DNA from: Nitrospiraceae bacterium | Lineage (GTDB): Bacteria; Nitrospirota; Thermodesulfovibrionia; UBA6902 | DNA: 64,000 nucleotides | Assembly: GCA_003599505.1 (NCBI GenBank) | Contig: QZKO01000014.1 | Span: 7,774 to 71,773, forward strand | Direction of reading: 5' to 3' | In this document: piece by piece, positions 19,507 through 28,131 of the stretch | How the letters are laid out: each line of letters starts with the position of its first letter | Position numbering within the stretch: the first letter of the stretch is position 1 | Notes under the pieces: generated by a model | What the model was told of the DNA's origin: nothing | Databases searched by the model: none | The model's input: the letters and a program-made list of their open reading frames with translations, nothing else | Program-made: the position numbers and the translations under genes

Positions 19507-20898
19507 ATGAAAGTACTTCTAATAAATCCTTTAACCCTGGAAGACAGTATGGTGAATATCACTCCCAATCTTGGCTTGGGATATCTGGCAACTTCTCTGA
19601 GAAACAACGGGTTTGAAGTGGAAATATGGGATGGTGTCAAGAAGAACATGACGAAACGGGGACTTGAAGAGAGGTTGAAGAAACGCGATTACGATGTTGC
19701 CGGTTTTCAGGTATATACCCGGAGCGTGAAGGAAACTCAAGAAGGACTTGAGAAAGTTAAGGCGCTTGATTCCAGGATCGTTACAGTAGTAGGTGGGCCG
19801 CATCCTTCAGGTGACCCGGAAGGCTCTCTGACTCATCTTAAAACTGATTACGCTTTTCGGGGAGAAGCTGAAATAGGTTTATCCCAATTGTTAAAAAAAA
19901 TTACCGGAAAGGTAAATGAACCATTTGAAAATATCAATAATTTAATCTGGAAAAGCAATGGGAAAATTATATGTAATCCGCTGCAGCCTATTGAAAATCT
20001 GGATGTGGTAGGCATTCCGGCTTGGGATATGATTAACCCTAATGACTATCCCTACGCGCCGATTGGAGCTTTTTCAAAAAAAATGCCTTTAACGAGTATT
20101 TCCACAACGCGTGGTTGTCCCTATCACTGCACTTTTTGCGCGAACAACACGATTATGGGCAGGAAGGTAAGGGCGAGAAGCACAGAAATTGTTTTGGCAG
20201 AAATGGACTTATTGTATAACAAGTATGGAGTTAGAGAATTTCAGATTATTGATGATAATTTTACATCCAAAAAAGCCCTTACTCTGGGGGTGTGCGAAGG
20301 CATTATTAACAGAGGGTGGGATATAGGCCTTTCATTTCCGAACGGGGTGAGACTAAGTACTCTTGATGAAGAAATTCTGCATCTGCTTGAAAAGGCCGGC
20401 TGCTACTCTTTGGGGCTTGGTATAGAATCAGGTTCTCCAAGGACTTTAAAGAATATGAAAAAAGCTCAGTCAGTTGATGAGATAAAAGAAAAAGTTAATC
20501 TAATCCATAATGTTACCAGGATCAGGACCACAGGCTTTTTTATCATCGGCTATCCAACAGAAGAAAAAGAAGACATTTTGCAGACGATCAACCTGTCTAA
20601 GGAACTTCCCATAGACAGGGCGCAGTTTACTATATGCCTTCCAGTTCCCGGAAGCGAAATGACAGAGCAAATGATAAAAGCCGGAAAGCTGAAAGATGTG
20701 GATTTCAGTGACATATCTTTTCAGAATATTGTCCATATACCTGAAAAGATGACATTAAAAGAACTGAGGCGATACCGGATGAAAGCGTATATGGAATTCT
20801 ACCTCAGATTCAGGATAATCTTCGGCTTATTATCAGAAATCAAATCAATTGAACATATGAAATTTATATTCCGAAGAGTAATGAAGTTGTTTTCATAG
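19507..20898 (+). CDS. B12-binding-domain radical SAM enzyme (class B), paralog 1
   Basis: The N-terminal Rossmann-like cobalamin-binding domain begins MKVLLINP. TTRGCPYHCTFC is the CX3CX2C motif. It is paralogous to 43151..44548 and 54107..55534. Confidence 0.8.
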   Translation: MKVLLINPLTLEDSMVNITPNLGLGYLATSLRNNGFEVEIWDGVKKNMTKRGLEERLKKRDYDVAGFQVYTRSVKETQEGLEKVKALDSRIVTVVGGPHPSGDPEGSLTHLKTDYAFRGEAEIGLSQLLKKITGKVNEPFENINNLIWKSNGKIICNPLQPIENLDVVGIPAWDMINPNDYPYAPIGAFSKKMPLTSISTTRGCPYHCTFCANNTIMGRKVRARSTEIVLAEMDLLYNKYGVREFQIIDDNFTSKKALTLGVCEGIINRGWDIGLSFPNGVRLSTLDEEILHLLEKAGCYSLGLGIESGSPRTLKNMKKAQSVDEIKEKVNLIHNVTRIRTTGFFIIGYPTEEKEDILQTINLSKELPIDRAQFTICLPVPGSEMTEQMIKAGKLKDVDFSDISFQNIVHIPEKMTLKELRRYRMKAYMEFYLRFRIIFGLLSEIKSIEHMKFIFRRVMKLFS

Positions 20899-20997
20899 GC
20901 TCATATTCAATCTGAAGACAATGAATAGTTATTTTTTCTTTGAGGCTCCTCAATATATCAAGCATTAATCCGGTGAATTGAACCGTAATCGCAGCAA

Positions 20998-22275
20998 ATG
21001 AACTTGAAACCACTGACAGTTTTACATATAAATAAGCTTCATTACATATTTGGAGGAGCGGATGTAATTTATTTCAGGACGGCCGAAATTCTTGAGAAAA
21101 ACGGCCATAGCTCAGTTTTTTTCGCAATGCGCCACCCGGATAATCTGCCTTGTCACACTGCAGAGTATTTCATGCCTTTGATCGACACTGGCAAGAGATA
21201 TGTAAGTGACTTCGTAAAAGCGTCCTGCAGAAATATATATTCCTTTAAAGCGAGGAAATGCATTTCCAGAATATTAGACAAATATCATATCGACATCGTA
21301 CACATGCATGATATCCACCGCCAGATGTCTCCCTCTATACTTCATGAAATCAAAAAGAGGGAAATCCCTGTGGTGATGACTCTCCATAATTACAAAATGA
21401 TATGCCCTTCTTTTCTTATGATGGCTCATGGAAAGCCGTGCGAGGCGTGTGATCAGGGAAAGTATTTTAATGCCGTTAAGCTGAAGTGCGTTAAGGGGTC
21501 GTTTTTCAGGAGCGCTCTGCTTGCCATTGAGTTATATATGCATCACAAAATTCTTGATGCATATAAAAACGTTAATGTCTTTATTGCTCCGAGTATTTTT
21601 TTAAAGAATAAGCACGAGGAAATGGGATTTCATAAGAATATAGTACATCTTCCGTACCCTCTTGATGTTAAGGGGTTTGATAAAGTCAACCCGGAGGAGA
21701 TTAAAGAAAAAACCGGTGGGCAGCTTACTTTTGTATATTTTGGAAGACTTGAACCTGAGAAAGGGCTTTTTACACTTTTTGAGTCGATTAAAAATATTTC
21801 CTACAATGAAGCAGAGAGCCGGGTAGTATTTAAGATTATTGGTGAAGGTGCAATAAAAGATGAACTGCACGAAATAGCGCTGCGAAACGGGATGCACAAT
21901 GTTGAATTTCTCGGATACTTAACAGGGGAAGATCTTTTTACTGAAATTAGAAAAGCCGATGTCGTGATAATCCCTTCAGAGTGGTATGAAAATTATCCGG
22001 TTTCAGTAATGGAGGCATTTGCTTTGGGTAAACCTGTAATTGGCGCAAGAATCGGAGGAATTCCGGAAATGGTCAAGGATAATGCGACCGGTTTAACCTT
22101 TGAATCCGGCGATCCTTCAGATTTAGGTGAAAAGATTACATACGTCATAAAGAATCCTGGTAAAGCCGCTCTCTGGGGAAGAAATGCACGGGAGTTTATA
22201 GAAAGGGAAGTAAATCCTGAAAAGCATTATCGGCAATTAATGAAAATTTATAATATGGCTATGTCCCACAGATGA
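20998..22275 (+). CDS. Glycosyltransferase family 4 (GT4), paralog C of the 510/1814 pair
   Basis: EWYENYPVSVMEAFALGKPVIGARIGGIPEMV, DIVHMHDIHRQMSPS and CPSFLMMAHGKPCEAC parallel the conserved blocks of the tandem GT4s. Confidence 0.8.
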   Translation: MNLKPLTVLHINKLHYIFGGADVIYFRTAEILEKNGHSSVFFAMRHPDNLPCHTAEYFMPLIDTGKRYVSDFVKASCRNIYSFKARKCISRILDKYHIDIVHMHDIHRQMSPSILHEIKKREIPVVMTLHNYKMICPSFLMMAHGKPCEACDQGKYFNAVKLKCVKGSFFRSALLAIELYMHHKILDAYKNVNVFIAPSIFLKNKHEEMGFHKNIVHLPYPLDVKGFDKVNPEEIKEKTGGQLTFVYFGRLEPEKGLFTLFESIKNISYNEAESRVVFKIIGEGAIKDELHEIALRNGMHNVEFLGYLTGEDLFTEIRKADVVIIPSEWYENYPVSVMEAFALGKPVIGARIGGIPEMVKDNATGLTFESGDPSDLGEKITYVIKNPGKAALWGRNAREFIEREVNPEKHYRQLMKIYNMAMSHR

Positions 22276-22633
22276 GAAGGGCTGCTATGCCGGACAATAC
22301 TATTTTCGCTAATCAGTTATTATTAACTCCTGCAGAAAGATAACCATAGCCGGTAGCATACAAAATAACTGACCGTTAGCGTTAATTCAAAGAAGATTAA
22401 TATGAGAATAAAACTTGATATGAATGACTTTACTCTCATTTATTCGGTCCCTCCTTTTTTATTGCTCCGGACGCGACTGAAGCCCGATATTGCCCGCTGC
22501 TTGTGTCGTTTTATATTCATGAGTTAACATGCAAGAAGTATACCATAATCATTATATGCGCCTGCCCTTGAATAATCACAGTAATTCAATGGGTTATATC
22601 AGTCTGGGGGGCATTTATTAATTGAAGGAAAAT

Positions 22634-22646
22634 GTGCCAGGCACAA
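22634..22646 (-). terminator. Candidate small intrinsic terminator for the minus-strand GT2 gene
   Basis: TGTGCC-A-GGCACA is a palindrome of 5-6 bp per arm. It lies about 40 nt past the stop of 22684..23715 and is followed on the minus strand by ATTTTCCTT. It is weak and short. Confidence 0.2.
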
Positions 22647-22683
22647 TAAATGAACGATGTTGGCACAATTACCAGACTTCTTA

Positions 22684-23715
22684 TTAGGAATTATCGTAGT
22701 TTTTATACAGACTCTTGAGATTTGTTTTTACCCCCAATAATGCTCTCAACGATCCAATTCCGGGGGAAACATTTCCAATGAGTAACGATAAAAAAGTTAA
22801 AGGGACTTCTTTTATATGCTCGGAATATTTTATTGATTCGATTACGATTATCGCTGAGTAAAAAATGAGGATAGCTAAATAAAAAAAGAGAAAGGTATTA
22901 GAGAAGAAAGAGATAATTCCACCTGCAATTATAAACAACAGAAAAAACATGGGCAGAAGGAATGAAACCGTATGAAAAGAAATATGTTCCCTGAAAATGT
23001 CTTCTTTGAGCGATGCGAAAACAGTAGAGCCGTACGTGACTCTTTGAAGAAAATAAGGCTTAAATAAAGACCTGTTGTGGTGATAAACGATTACTTTATT
23101 GTTATAAAATATTTTCTTTTTATTGCTGATTATTCTCATGCAAAGCTCTATATCTTCGCCGGTGAACAGGTTTTCATTAAATCCCTTCAACTCTTCTATT
23201 GCCTGTTTATTTACAATAAGATTGCACGAAGGCAGATCGTAGCAGTATCTTGAGTGCGCTATCTTCTTCCTGAATGAATTTGCTCCGGAAACAAAAAAAG
23301 ATTTTAATGAATTCCCAACACATCTCTTATATAAGTTATCATTGGGAGGAGTTATATTTGGCCCGCCGACTGCCCAGATATCAGTGTTTTTCGTAAACGT
23401 CTTTACCGCATTTTCCAGCCAGTCCCTTGTCGGATAAGCATCAGAGTCAATAAAGGCATAAAAATTTCCGGCGGCATTATTTATGCCGATATTTCTTTTG
23501 AACGCGATATTCTTGTTCCCGGTTTCTACTGTCTTTATATTCCTGCTGATTAATTTTTCAGGTAATTCTATCTTGTTATCAGGGAGTAAAATAATCTCAA
23601 AATCGGGATAATTTAAATCAAGACAATGCAGGACACATTCATATACATAAGAATTGAATTCTACAAAAGGTATTATTATTGATACCCTGCTGTTCACCTT
23701 AAAATTTGACTGCAT
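22684..23715 (-). CDS. GT2 family glycosyltransferase with C-terminal TM helices
   Basis: VSIIIPFVEF...IILLPDN is a GT-A N-terminus. Two or three C-terminal hydrophobic helices follow. It overlaps the upstream radical SAM gene by 17 nt. Confidence 0.7.
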   Translation of the reverse strand: MQSNFKVNSRVSIIIPFVEFNSYVYECVLHCLDLNYPDFEIILLPDNKIELPEKLISRNIKTVETGNKNIAFKRNIGINNAAGNFYAFIDSDAYPTRDWLENAVKTFTKNTDIWAVGGPNITPPNDNLYKRCVGNSLKSFFVSGANSFRKKIAHSRYCYDLPSCNLIVNKQAIEELKGFNENLFTGEDIELCMRIISNKKKIFYNNKVIVYHHNRSLFKPYFLQRVTYGSTVFASLKEDIFREHISFHTVSFLLPMFFLLFIIAGGIISFFSNTFLFFYLAILIFYSAIIVIESIKYSEHIKEVPLTFLSLLIGNVSPGIGSLRALLGVKTNLKSLYKNYDNS

Positions 23716-24799
23716 TGTACAGCATAGGAATGATGAATTTGGGATTTGATATGGCGTTCACAGACCAAACACATTCGTATGTACAGGCACATTTCGTGTT
23801 TTTGATAAACTCCTTACAATCAGTTACCTGTTTATTTTGCCATAGTTTCATGAAATCCATATCATAATCCCTCAGGTTCCCAAGATTTTTATCGTTAAGT
23901 ATCTCACAAGGATAAACATCCCCATTTGCATAAATAACTCCAAAAAGAGAGGCCGCGGAACAATTTACAATAAATTTCTTTTTTATATAGGTCTCCGCAA
24001 CAATTTTACTTACCAATATATTTTTTGAATTCATGAGTCTTCCCTGAAAGTGCTTTTCAAAACCTTTTGTTACTCCGGATAATTGGTCCCTGCGCATTTC
24101 TTTTGTCAAATTAATATATGATTCTAATATCTCCGTTTTTACATCAGAATTAATTTCTCTGACAACTCCGGCCTCCCTCATTATTGTTGCCGTGCATGAA
24201 TCTATTCCAAGACTCTTCAGATATGCATAAAGTTTTAAAACGTTATGGTAGTTATGGTGTGCTATAGTTATGCAGATATTGGGCATTATGTTGACATTCT
24301 TATAAGATTTAACCAAGTGATAACTGTCAAGGACTTTTCGGAATAAACCTTCTACTCCCCTGTTCTTATCATGCTCTTCCTCAAAATTATCAATGGAGAA
24401 CTGGAAAGTCACTTTCCCTTTTATGTTAGAACTGACAAAGCTCTCCAGAAAATCATGAATTCTATCAGTGAAAAACCCGTTTGTCGTTATAAATAATGAT
24501 TGTATATTCGTAGTTGTAAAATAAGCCCTGGCGATATCAAACATATCTTTTCTGAGAAAAGGCTCTCCTCCGGTCAGGTTAACGTTGAACAGGCTTTTTC
24601 CAAATGTCTTTGTCATTCTTTCTATATCATCTAAACTTAATTCATTCTTAGAGACACTCTGATTATTGATGTCAACAAAGCAATGTTCACACCTCGCATT
24701 ACATCTATTAGTTACAAAGTGTATTACGCTGATTGGTTCTTTTTTTAAAAAAAATGAATTAAGAATCAATCCCGGCATTTTATACATTGATTTATTCAT
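23699..24799 (-). CDS. Radical SAM enzyme with SPASM domain (paralog of 8324..9331)
   Basis: TNRCNARCEHC is the CX3CX2C motif. NLTGGEPFLRKDMFDI parallels NITGGEPFIRQDITDI of 8324. The C-terminus has clustered Cys (CSAAS...CEIL...CKEFIKNTKCACTYEC). Confidence 0.75.
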   Translation of the reverse strand: MNKSMYKMPGLILNSFFLKKEPISVIHFVTNRCNARCEHCFVDINNQSVSKNELSLDDIERMTKTFGKSLFNVNLTGGEPFLRKDMFDIARAYFTTTNIQSLFITTNGFFTDRIHDFLESFVSSNIKGKVTFQFSIDNFEEEHDKNRGVEGLFRKVLDSYHLVKSYKNVNIMPNICITIAHHNYHNVLKLYAYLKSLGIDSCTATIMREAGVVREINSDVKTEILESYINLTKEMRRDQLSGVTKGFEKHFQGRLMNSKNILVSKIVAETYIKKKFIVNCSAASLFGVIYANGDVYPCEILNDKNLGNLRDYDMDFMKLWQNKQVTDCKEFIKNTKCACTYECVWSVNAISNPKFIIPMLYNAVKF

Positions 24800-24985
24800 T
24801 TTCTATGCGCGGGTCAGCCGGGCTGGAAATATTAATGATCAAAGTAAACTTGAACAAAAGCATAGAGTCTTCAGACGTTAATTTATCTAATTATAATATA
24901 TTTTAGAATATATAGTAATCACGTGAGGTTACAAAAGCAGTCAAGTTATAAGTAGAATGACCTGTCTTTGATCAGGAAAAAGAGG

Positions 24986-25016
24986 AACCGGACATCATGC
25001 TTTACTCCGTCCGGTT
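24986..25016 (-). terminator. Candidate rho-independent terminator at the 3' end of the minus-strand epimerase gene
   Basis: AACCGGAC-N15-GTCCGGTT forms an 8-bp stem. On the minus strand it is followed by CCTCTTTTTCC. It spans the stop of 25002..25988. Confidence 0.35.
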
Positions 25017-25988
25017 TTCGGTTCGGCTGTATTGTCTTTCGTGAAGCACCCATTGGTATTGGCGACGTACACCGTCGACCAGGCCGATCTTCGGTGACCA
25101 CTCCAGGACATCCCGGGCGCGGCGGGTGTCGATGTTGTAATCCAGGCGCTTTTTAACTCGTTTATGATATTCAATGTCCACCGGTCGTTCGGCAACCATA
25201 CGAACGGCCTCCGCGATGTCCCGGATGCGGCAGCTGCTTCCGTTTCCGATATTAAATATGCCCCGGGCTCTTCGGAACCATGCAAGATAAACCGCCTCGG
25301 CGGCGTCTTCCGCGTAGACCAGGTTCCTTCGATCTTCTCCGTCTCCGTAAATGGACAGGGGAAGGCCTTCGGCCGCCCGATGAATAAAATTGCCGACTGC
25401 CCGCTTGAGGCGATCACCGGGACCATACACGGCCGGCAGACGAAGCGAACAGACGGGCAGGTCGTGGAGGTCCCCGTAGAGATGCAGATATTTTTCGCCG
25501 ATTAATTTGGCGGCCCCGTAAAACGTGAGAGGCAGGGTCGGATGCAACTCTGAAATGATATCGTTTTGAGGGGTCCCATAGACTTCAAAGGAACTGATAT
25601 AGACCAGAGATTGAAGCAAGGGTGCCCGTGCGAGCGCCCGCAACAGGCGAATCGAACCGTGCACATTGTGTGAAAGCAGTCGGACCGTGTCCTCGGGTTG
25701 ATTGGCAGCGGTATTATCGGGGATAAAAGCGGCCGAATGCACCCATCCCTCGATTTGGCCGAGATACGGGCCCAGGGCGTCCACGAAGTCATCGGACGTC
25801 AAGTCTGCCGGCTGAGCATATACGTTGCCGGGCCACGATACCCCGTGTATGGACGGCGCGGTAGCGGGTGAACGGGAAATACAGAGGACAGTGTGCCCGT
25901 TCCGCGTCAAGGCCTGTACGATAAACTGCCCCAGATGCCCGGAGGCCCCGGTGACGGCAATCATGATGAACCTCCCAACACATCCCAC
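25002..25988 (-). CDS. NAD-dependent epimerase/dehydratase (extended SDR), high-GC
   Basis: MIAVTGASGHLGQFIV is the Rossmann GxxGxxG motif. YGAAK supplies the YxxxK catalytic motif. Its codon usage is foreign to the flanking genes. Confidence 0.75.
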   Translation of the reverse strand: MGCVGRFIMIAVTGASGHLGQFIVQALTRNGHTVLCISRSPATAPSIHGVSWPGNVYAQPADLTSDDFVDALGPYLGQIEGWVHSAAFIPDNTAANQPEDTVRLLSHNVHGSIRLLRALARAPLLQSLVYISSFEVYGTPQNDIISELHPTLPLTFYGAAKLIGEKYLHLYGDLHDLPVCSLRLPAVYGPGDRLKRAVGNFIHRAAEGLPLSIYGDGEDRRNLVYAEDAAEAVYLAWFRRARGIFNIGNGSSCRIRDIAEAVRMVAERPVDIEYHKRVKKRLDYNIDTRRARDVLEWSPKIGLVDGVRRQYQWVLHERQYSRTENRTE

Positions 25989-26866
25989 ATCAGCTTCAAC
26001 CCGTCGGGGAAATCGGTTTTCGGGTCGAATCCGAATGCTTTTCTGGCCCGATCAATGGTATACCAGCGATCGACCCATGAGCTCTCCCGATAAAGGATTT
26101 CAGGCTGTATGGGCCGGCAGGACAGGGCGCAGACGGCGTCCGCAACGTCTTTCAGTGTATGCGGCCGGCCGGAAGAGATGTTGAAGACGCCCTCTGCGCC
26201 TTTCCGGATAACCTGCTCGATGGCTACAGCTATATCCTTGACGAAAATATCGTCTCTGATTTCAGCTCCGGTTCCATGGATGACAGGACGTTTGCCTTGT
26301 TTCACGCAATCCATAAATAGGGGAATGACATTGCGCCGGTGCTGGCCGGGTCCGTATATGAAAGCGAGCCGGAGGTTGCAGAGCTTGACGCCCCGTTTTT
26401 CACAGGCAATCCGGAGAAAATGCTCCGCGCAAAGTTTGGCCACGCCATACAGGGTGAACGGATCAGTGGGGTGCGATTCATCGACCGGGAGATTGCGGGG
26501 TCTTCCATACACCTCGATGCTGCTGATGTGAACGACGCTATCCGGCGCGTCGGGCAACCGGTCCAGGAATTCCAGCGGAGCCCGCACCATGAGGTCAATG
26601 TCCGAATGGGCAAATGAATCGGACTCCCGCTGTTGCGTGATGTGGGCCGCTAACCAGACCAGTACGTGCATAGGCCCTGCTTCCCTGATCGCCTTATCGA
26701 GATCCTGCCGGTCAAGCAGGTTTCGCTCATGGAATTGCTCGCCGTTAAAGGGACCTCCCTCGGGGGGACGCAGGTCGAACGAAACGACTTCCATGCCGCT
26801 GTCCAGCAGTTGCCGGACGACATGCCGGCCCAAAAACCCGCTGGAACCTGTAACCACCGCTTTCAT
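25961..26866 (-). CDS. NAD-dependent epimerase/dehydratase (extended SDR), high-GC
   Basis: MKAVVTGSSGFLGRHVV and YGVAK are present. Its 3' end overlaps the next gene by 28 nt. Confidence 0.75.
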   Translation of the reverse strand: MKAVVTGSSGFLGRHVVRQLLDSGMEVVSFDLRPPEGGPFNGEQFHERNLLDRQDLDKAIREAGPMHVLVWLAAHITQQRESDSFAHSDIDLMVRAPLEFLDRLPDAPDSVVHISSIEVYGRPRNLPVDESHPTDPFTLYGVAKLCAEHFLRIACEKRGVKLCNLRLAFIYGPGQHRRNVIPLFMDCVKQGKRPVIHGTGAEIRDDIFVKDIAVAIEQVIRKGAEGVFNISSGRPHTLKDVADAVCALSCRPIQPEILYRESSWVDRWYTIDRARKAFGFDPKTDFPDGLKLMWDVLGGSS

Positions 26867-27159
26867 AAAACTGCTCCGATTTTCTCCACGAGAAAATTAC
26901 CTGCCGCAAATTATCATACCACACTCAGAGTAGTATTTTTCCGGTTAGAAAGCCCGGCACCTGCGCTACATATAGCTTGACTTATCGAGCAGTGCGGGAT
27001 GCGCAACTGATTGCGTATTGTGTTAATATAAACAATGAGTTCTGCAATGCCGGCATCATTTATTTACCGTACTCATACTATTCTATTGCCTGATACCGAA
27101 ATCCAGATTTAATAATTGTTTATTTTACTGATTTATAGTGAGGGAAAAAACTATATTCA

Positions 27160-28131
27160 ATGAAAAAAGAAACAAGTAAGCTTGAAGGAAGTAACGTGCT
27201 CGTAACAGGCGGGTGTGGTTTCATAGGGTCACATTTGATAAGAAGACTAATCGACTTGCACGTCGGCAGTATTACGGTAATTGATAGTTTGAAGTATGGC
27301 GATAAAGCAAATATAGGCAAAGAGTCTGAGAATATTATAGTAATAAAATATACAATTGATAATAAAAACGATGACGTTCTTTACGAGGCTCTTCATGGAA
27401 TCGACTATTTATTCCACTTAGCTGCAGAGAAGCACAATCAATCTATCAATAACCCTACAGATGTGATAAACAGCAATATAAACGGGACGTTCAGGCTCTA
27501 TGAAGCTGCTGCCAGGAATAGAGTCAGGAAAGTGGTTTATGCATCATCTCTTTATGCCTATGGTCGTATGTCTGTTCCCGATATGAACGAATCGGAATTG
27601 CCGGCGCCGAAAACAATCTATGGAATTTCCAAATTGGCAGGGGAACTCTTCCTTGCTCACTACTTACAGAAAAATGACCTGAAATATAACGTGTTAAGAT
27701 ATTTTTTTACTTATGGCCCTAAACAATTCAGCGGGACGGGATATAAATCTGTTATCGTGAAAAATTTCGAAAGAATTTTAAGAAATGAAAACCCGATAAT
27801 ATTTGGCGATGGGAAACAGGTATTGGACTACATCTATATCGATGATGTCATAAGCGCCACCATTAAGGCAATGGAGTCGGATTGTTATGGTGAAGTATTT
27901 AACGTTGGGTCATCTATTCCCTCTTCAATAGATCAAGTTACTGACGTGATGCTCAGAGTCAGCGGAAAGTCACTTGATAAACTATATGACCCGCCTGATG
28001 AGACAAAAGATACATACAGAGTAGCCGACATTTCAAAAATCAAAAAAATATTAAACATTCAGCCCACTGTATCACTTGAAGAAGGACTGAGCAAAACATA
28101 TGAGTGGATACAACAGAGAGGGAATGTATGA
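27160..28131 (+). CDS. NAD-dependent epimerase/dehydratase (UDP-sugar 4-epimerase / UXS-like extended SDR)
   Basis: VLVTGGCGFIGSHLIRRLI and YGISK are present. It has no TDE triad, so it is unlikely to be a 4,6-dehydratase. Its codon usage is native and AT-rich. Confidence 0.8.
   Translation: MKKETSKLEGSNVLVTGGCGFIGSHLIRRLIDLHVGSITVIDSLKYGDKANIGKESENIIVIKYTIDNKNDDVLYEALHGIDYLFHLAAEKHNQSINNPTDVINSNINGTFRLYEAAARNRVRKVVYASSLYAYGRMSVPDMNESELPAPKTIYGISKLAGELFLAHYLQKNDLKYNVLRYFFTYGPKQFSGTGYKSVIVKNFERILRNENPIIFGDGKQVLDYIYIDDVISATIKAMESDCYGEVFNVGSSIPSSIDQVTDVMLRVSGKSLDKLYDPPDETKDTYRVADISKIKKILNIQPTVSLEEGLSKTYEWIQQRGNV

Larger units (their letters stand above)
24988..27070. other. Compositional island: about 2 kb of markedly G+C-rich DNA carrying two SDR epimerase/dehydratase genes, flanked by imperfect direct repeats
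   Basis: There is a sharp switch in base composition and in third-codon-position G/C relative to the flanks. Many shadow ORFs appear on all frames, which is a high-GC artefact. Flanking repeats are CCGGACATCATGCTTTACTCCGT (24988-25010) and CCGGCATCATTTATTTACCGT (27050-27070). Confidence 0.5.

Noticed and set aside
22634-22646. TGTGCCAGGCACA palindrome as a CRP/FNR-family binding site
   Set aside because: Half-site spacing (TGTG-N5-CACA) does not match CRP (TGTGA-N6-TCACA) or FNR consensus. It lies between convergent gene ends, where a small terminator hairpin is the simpler reading.
24995-26980. Eleven ORFs of 60-143 aa on both strands (for example 24995..25426, 25164..25505, 25502..25792, 25825..26184, 26109..26531, 26339..26617, 26589..26933, 26666..26980)
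   Set aside because: All lie inside or antisense to the two high-GC SDR genes. High G+C depletes stop codons and creates long shadow ORFs. None has recognisable motifs or its own start context.
27160-28131. Considered calling this SDR a dTDP-glucose 4,6-dehydratase feeding the EvaA-like pathway
   Set aside because: It lacks the Thr-Asp-Glu catalytic motif of RmlB-type dehydratases (it reads VVYASSLYAYG). It is more consistent with a 4-epimerase or UXS-type SDR.
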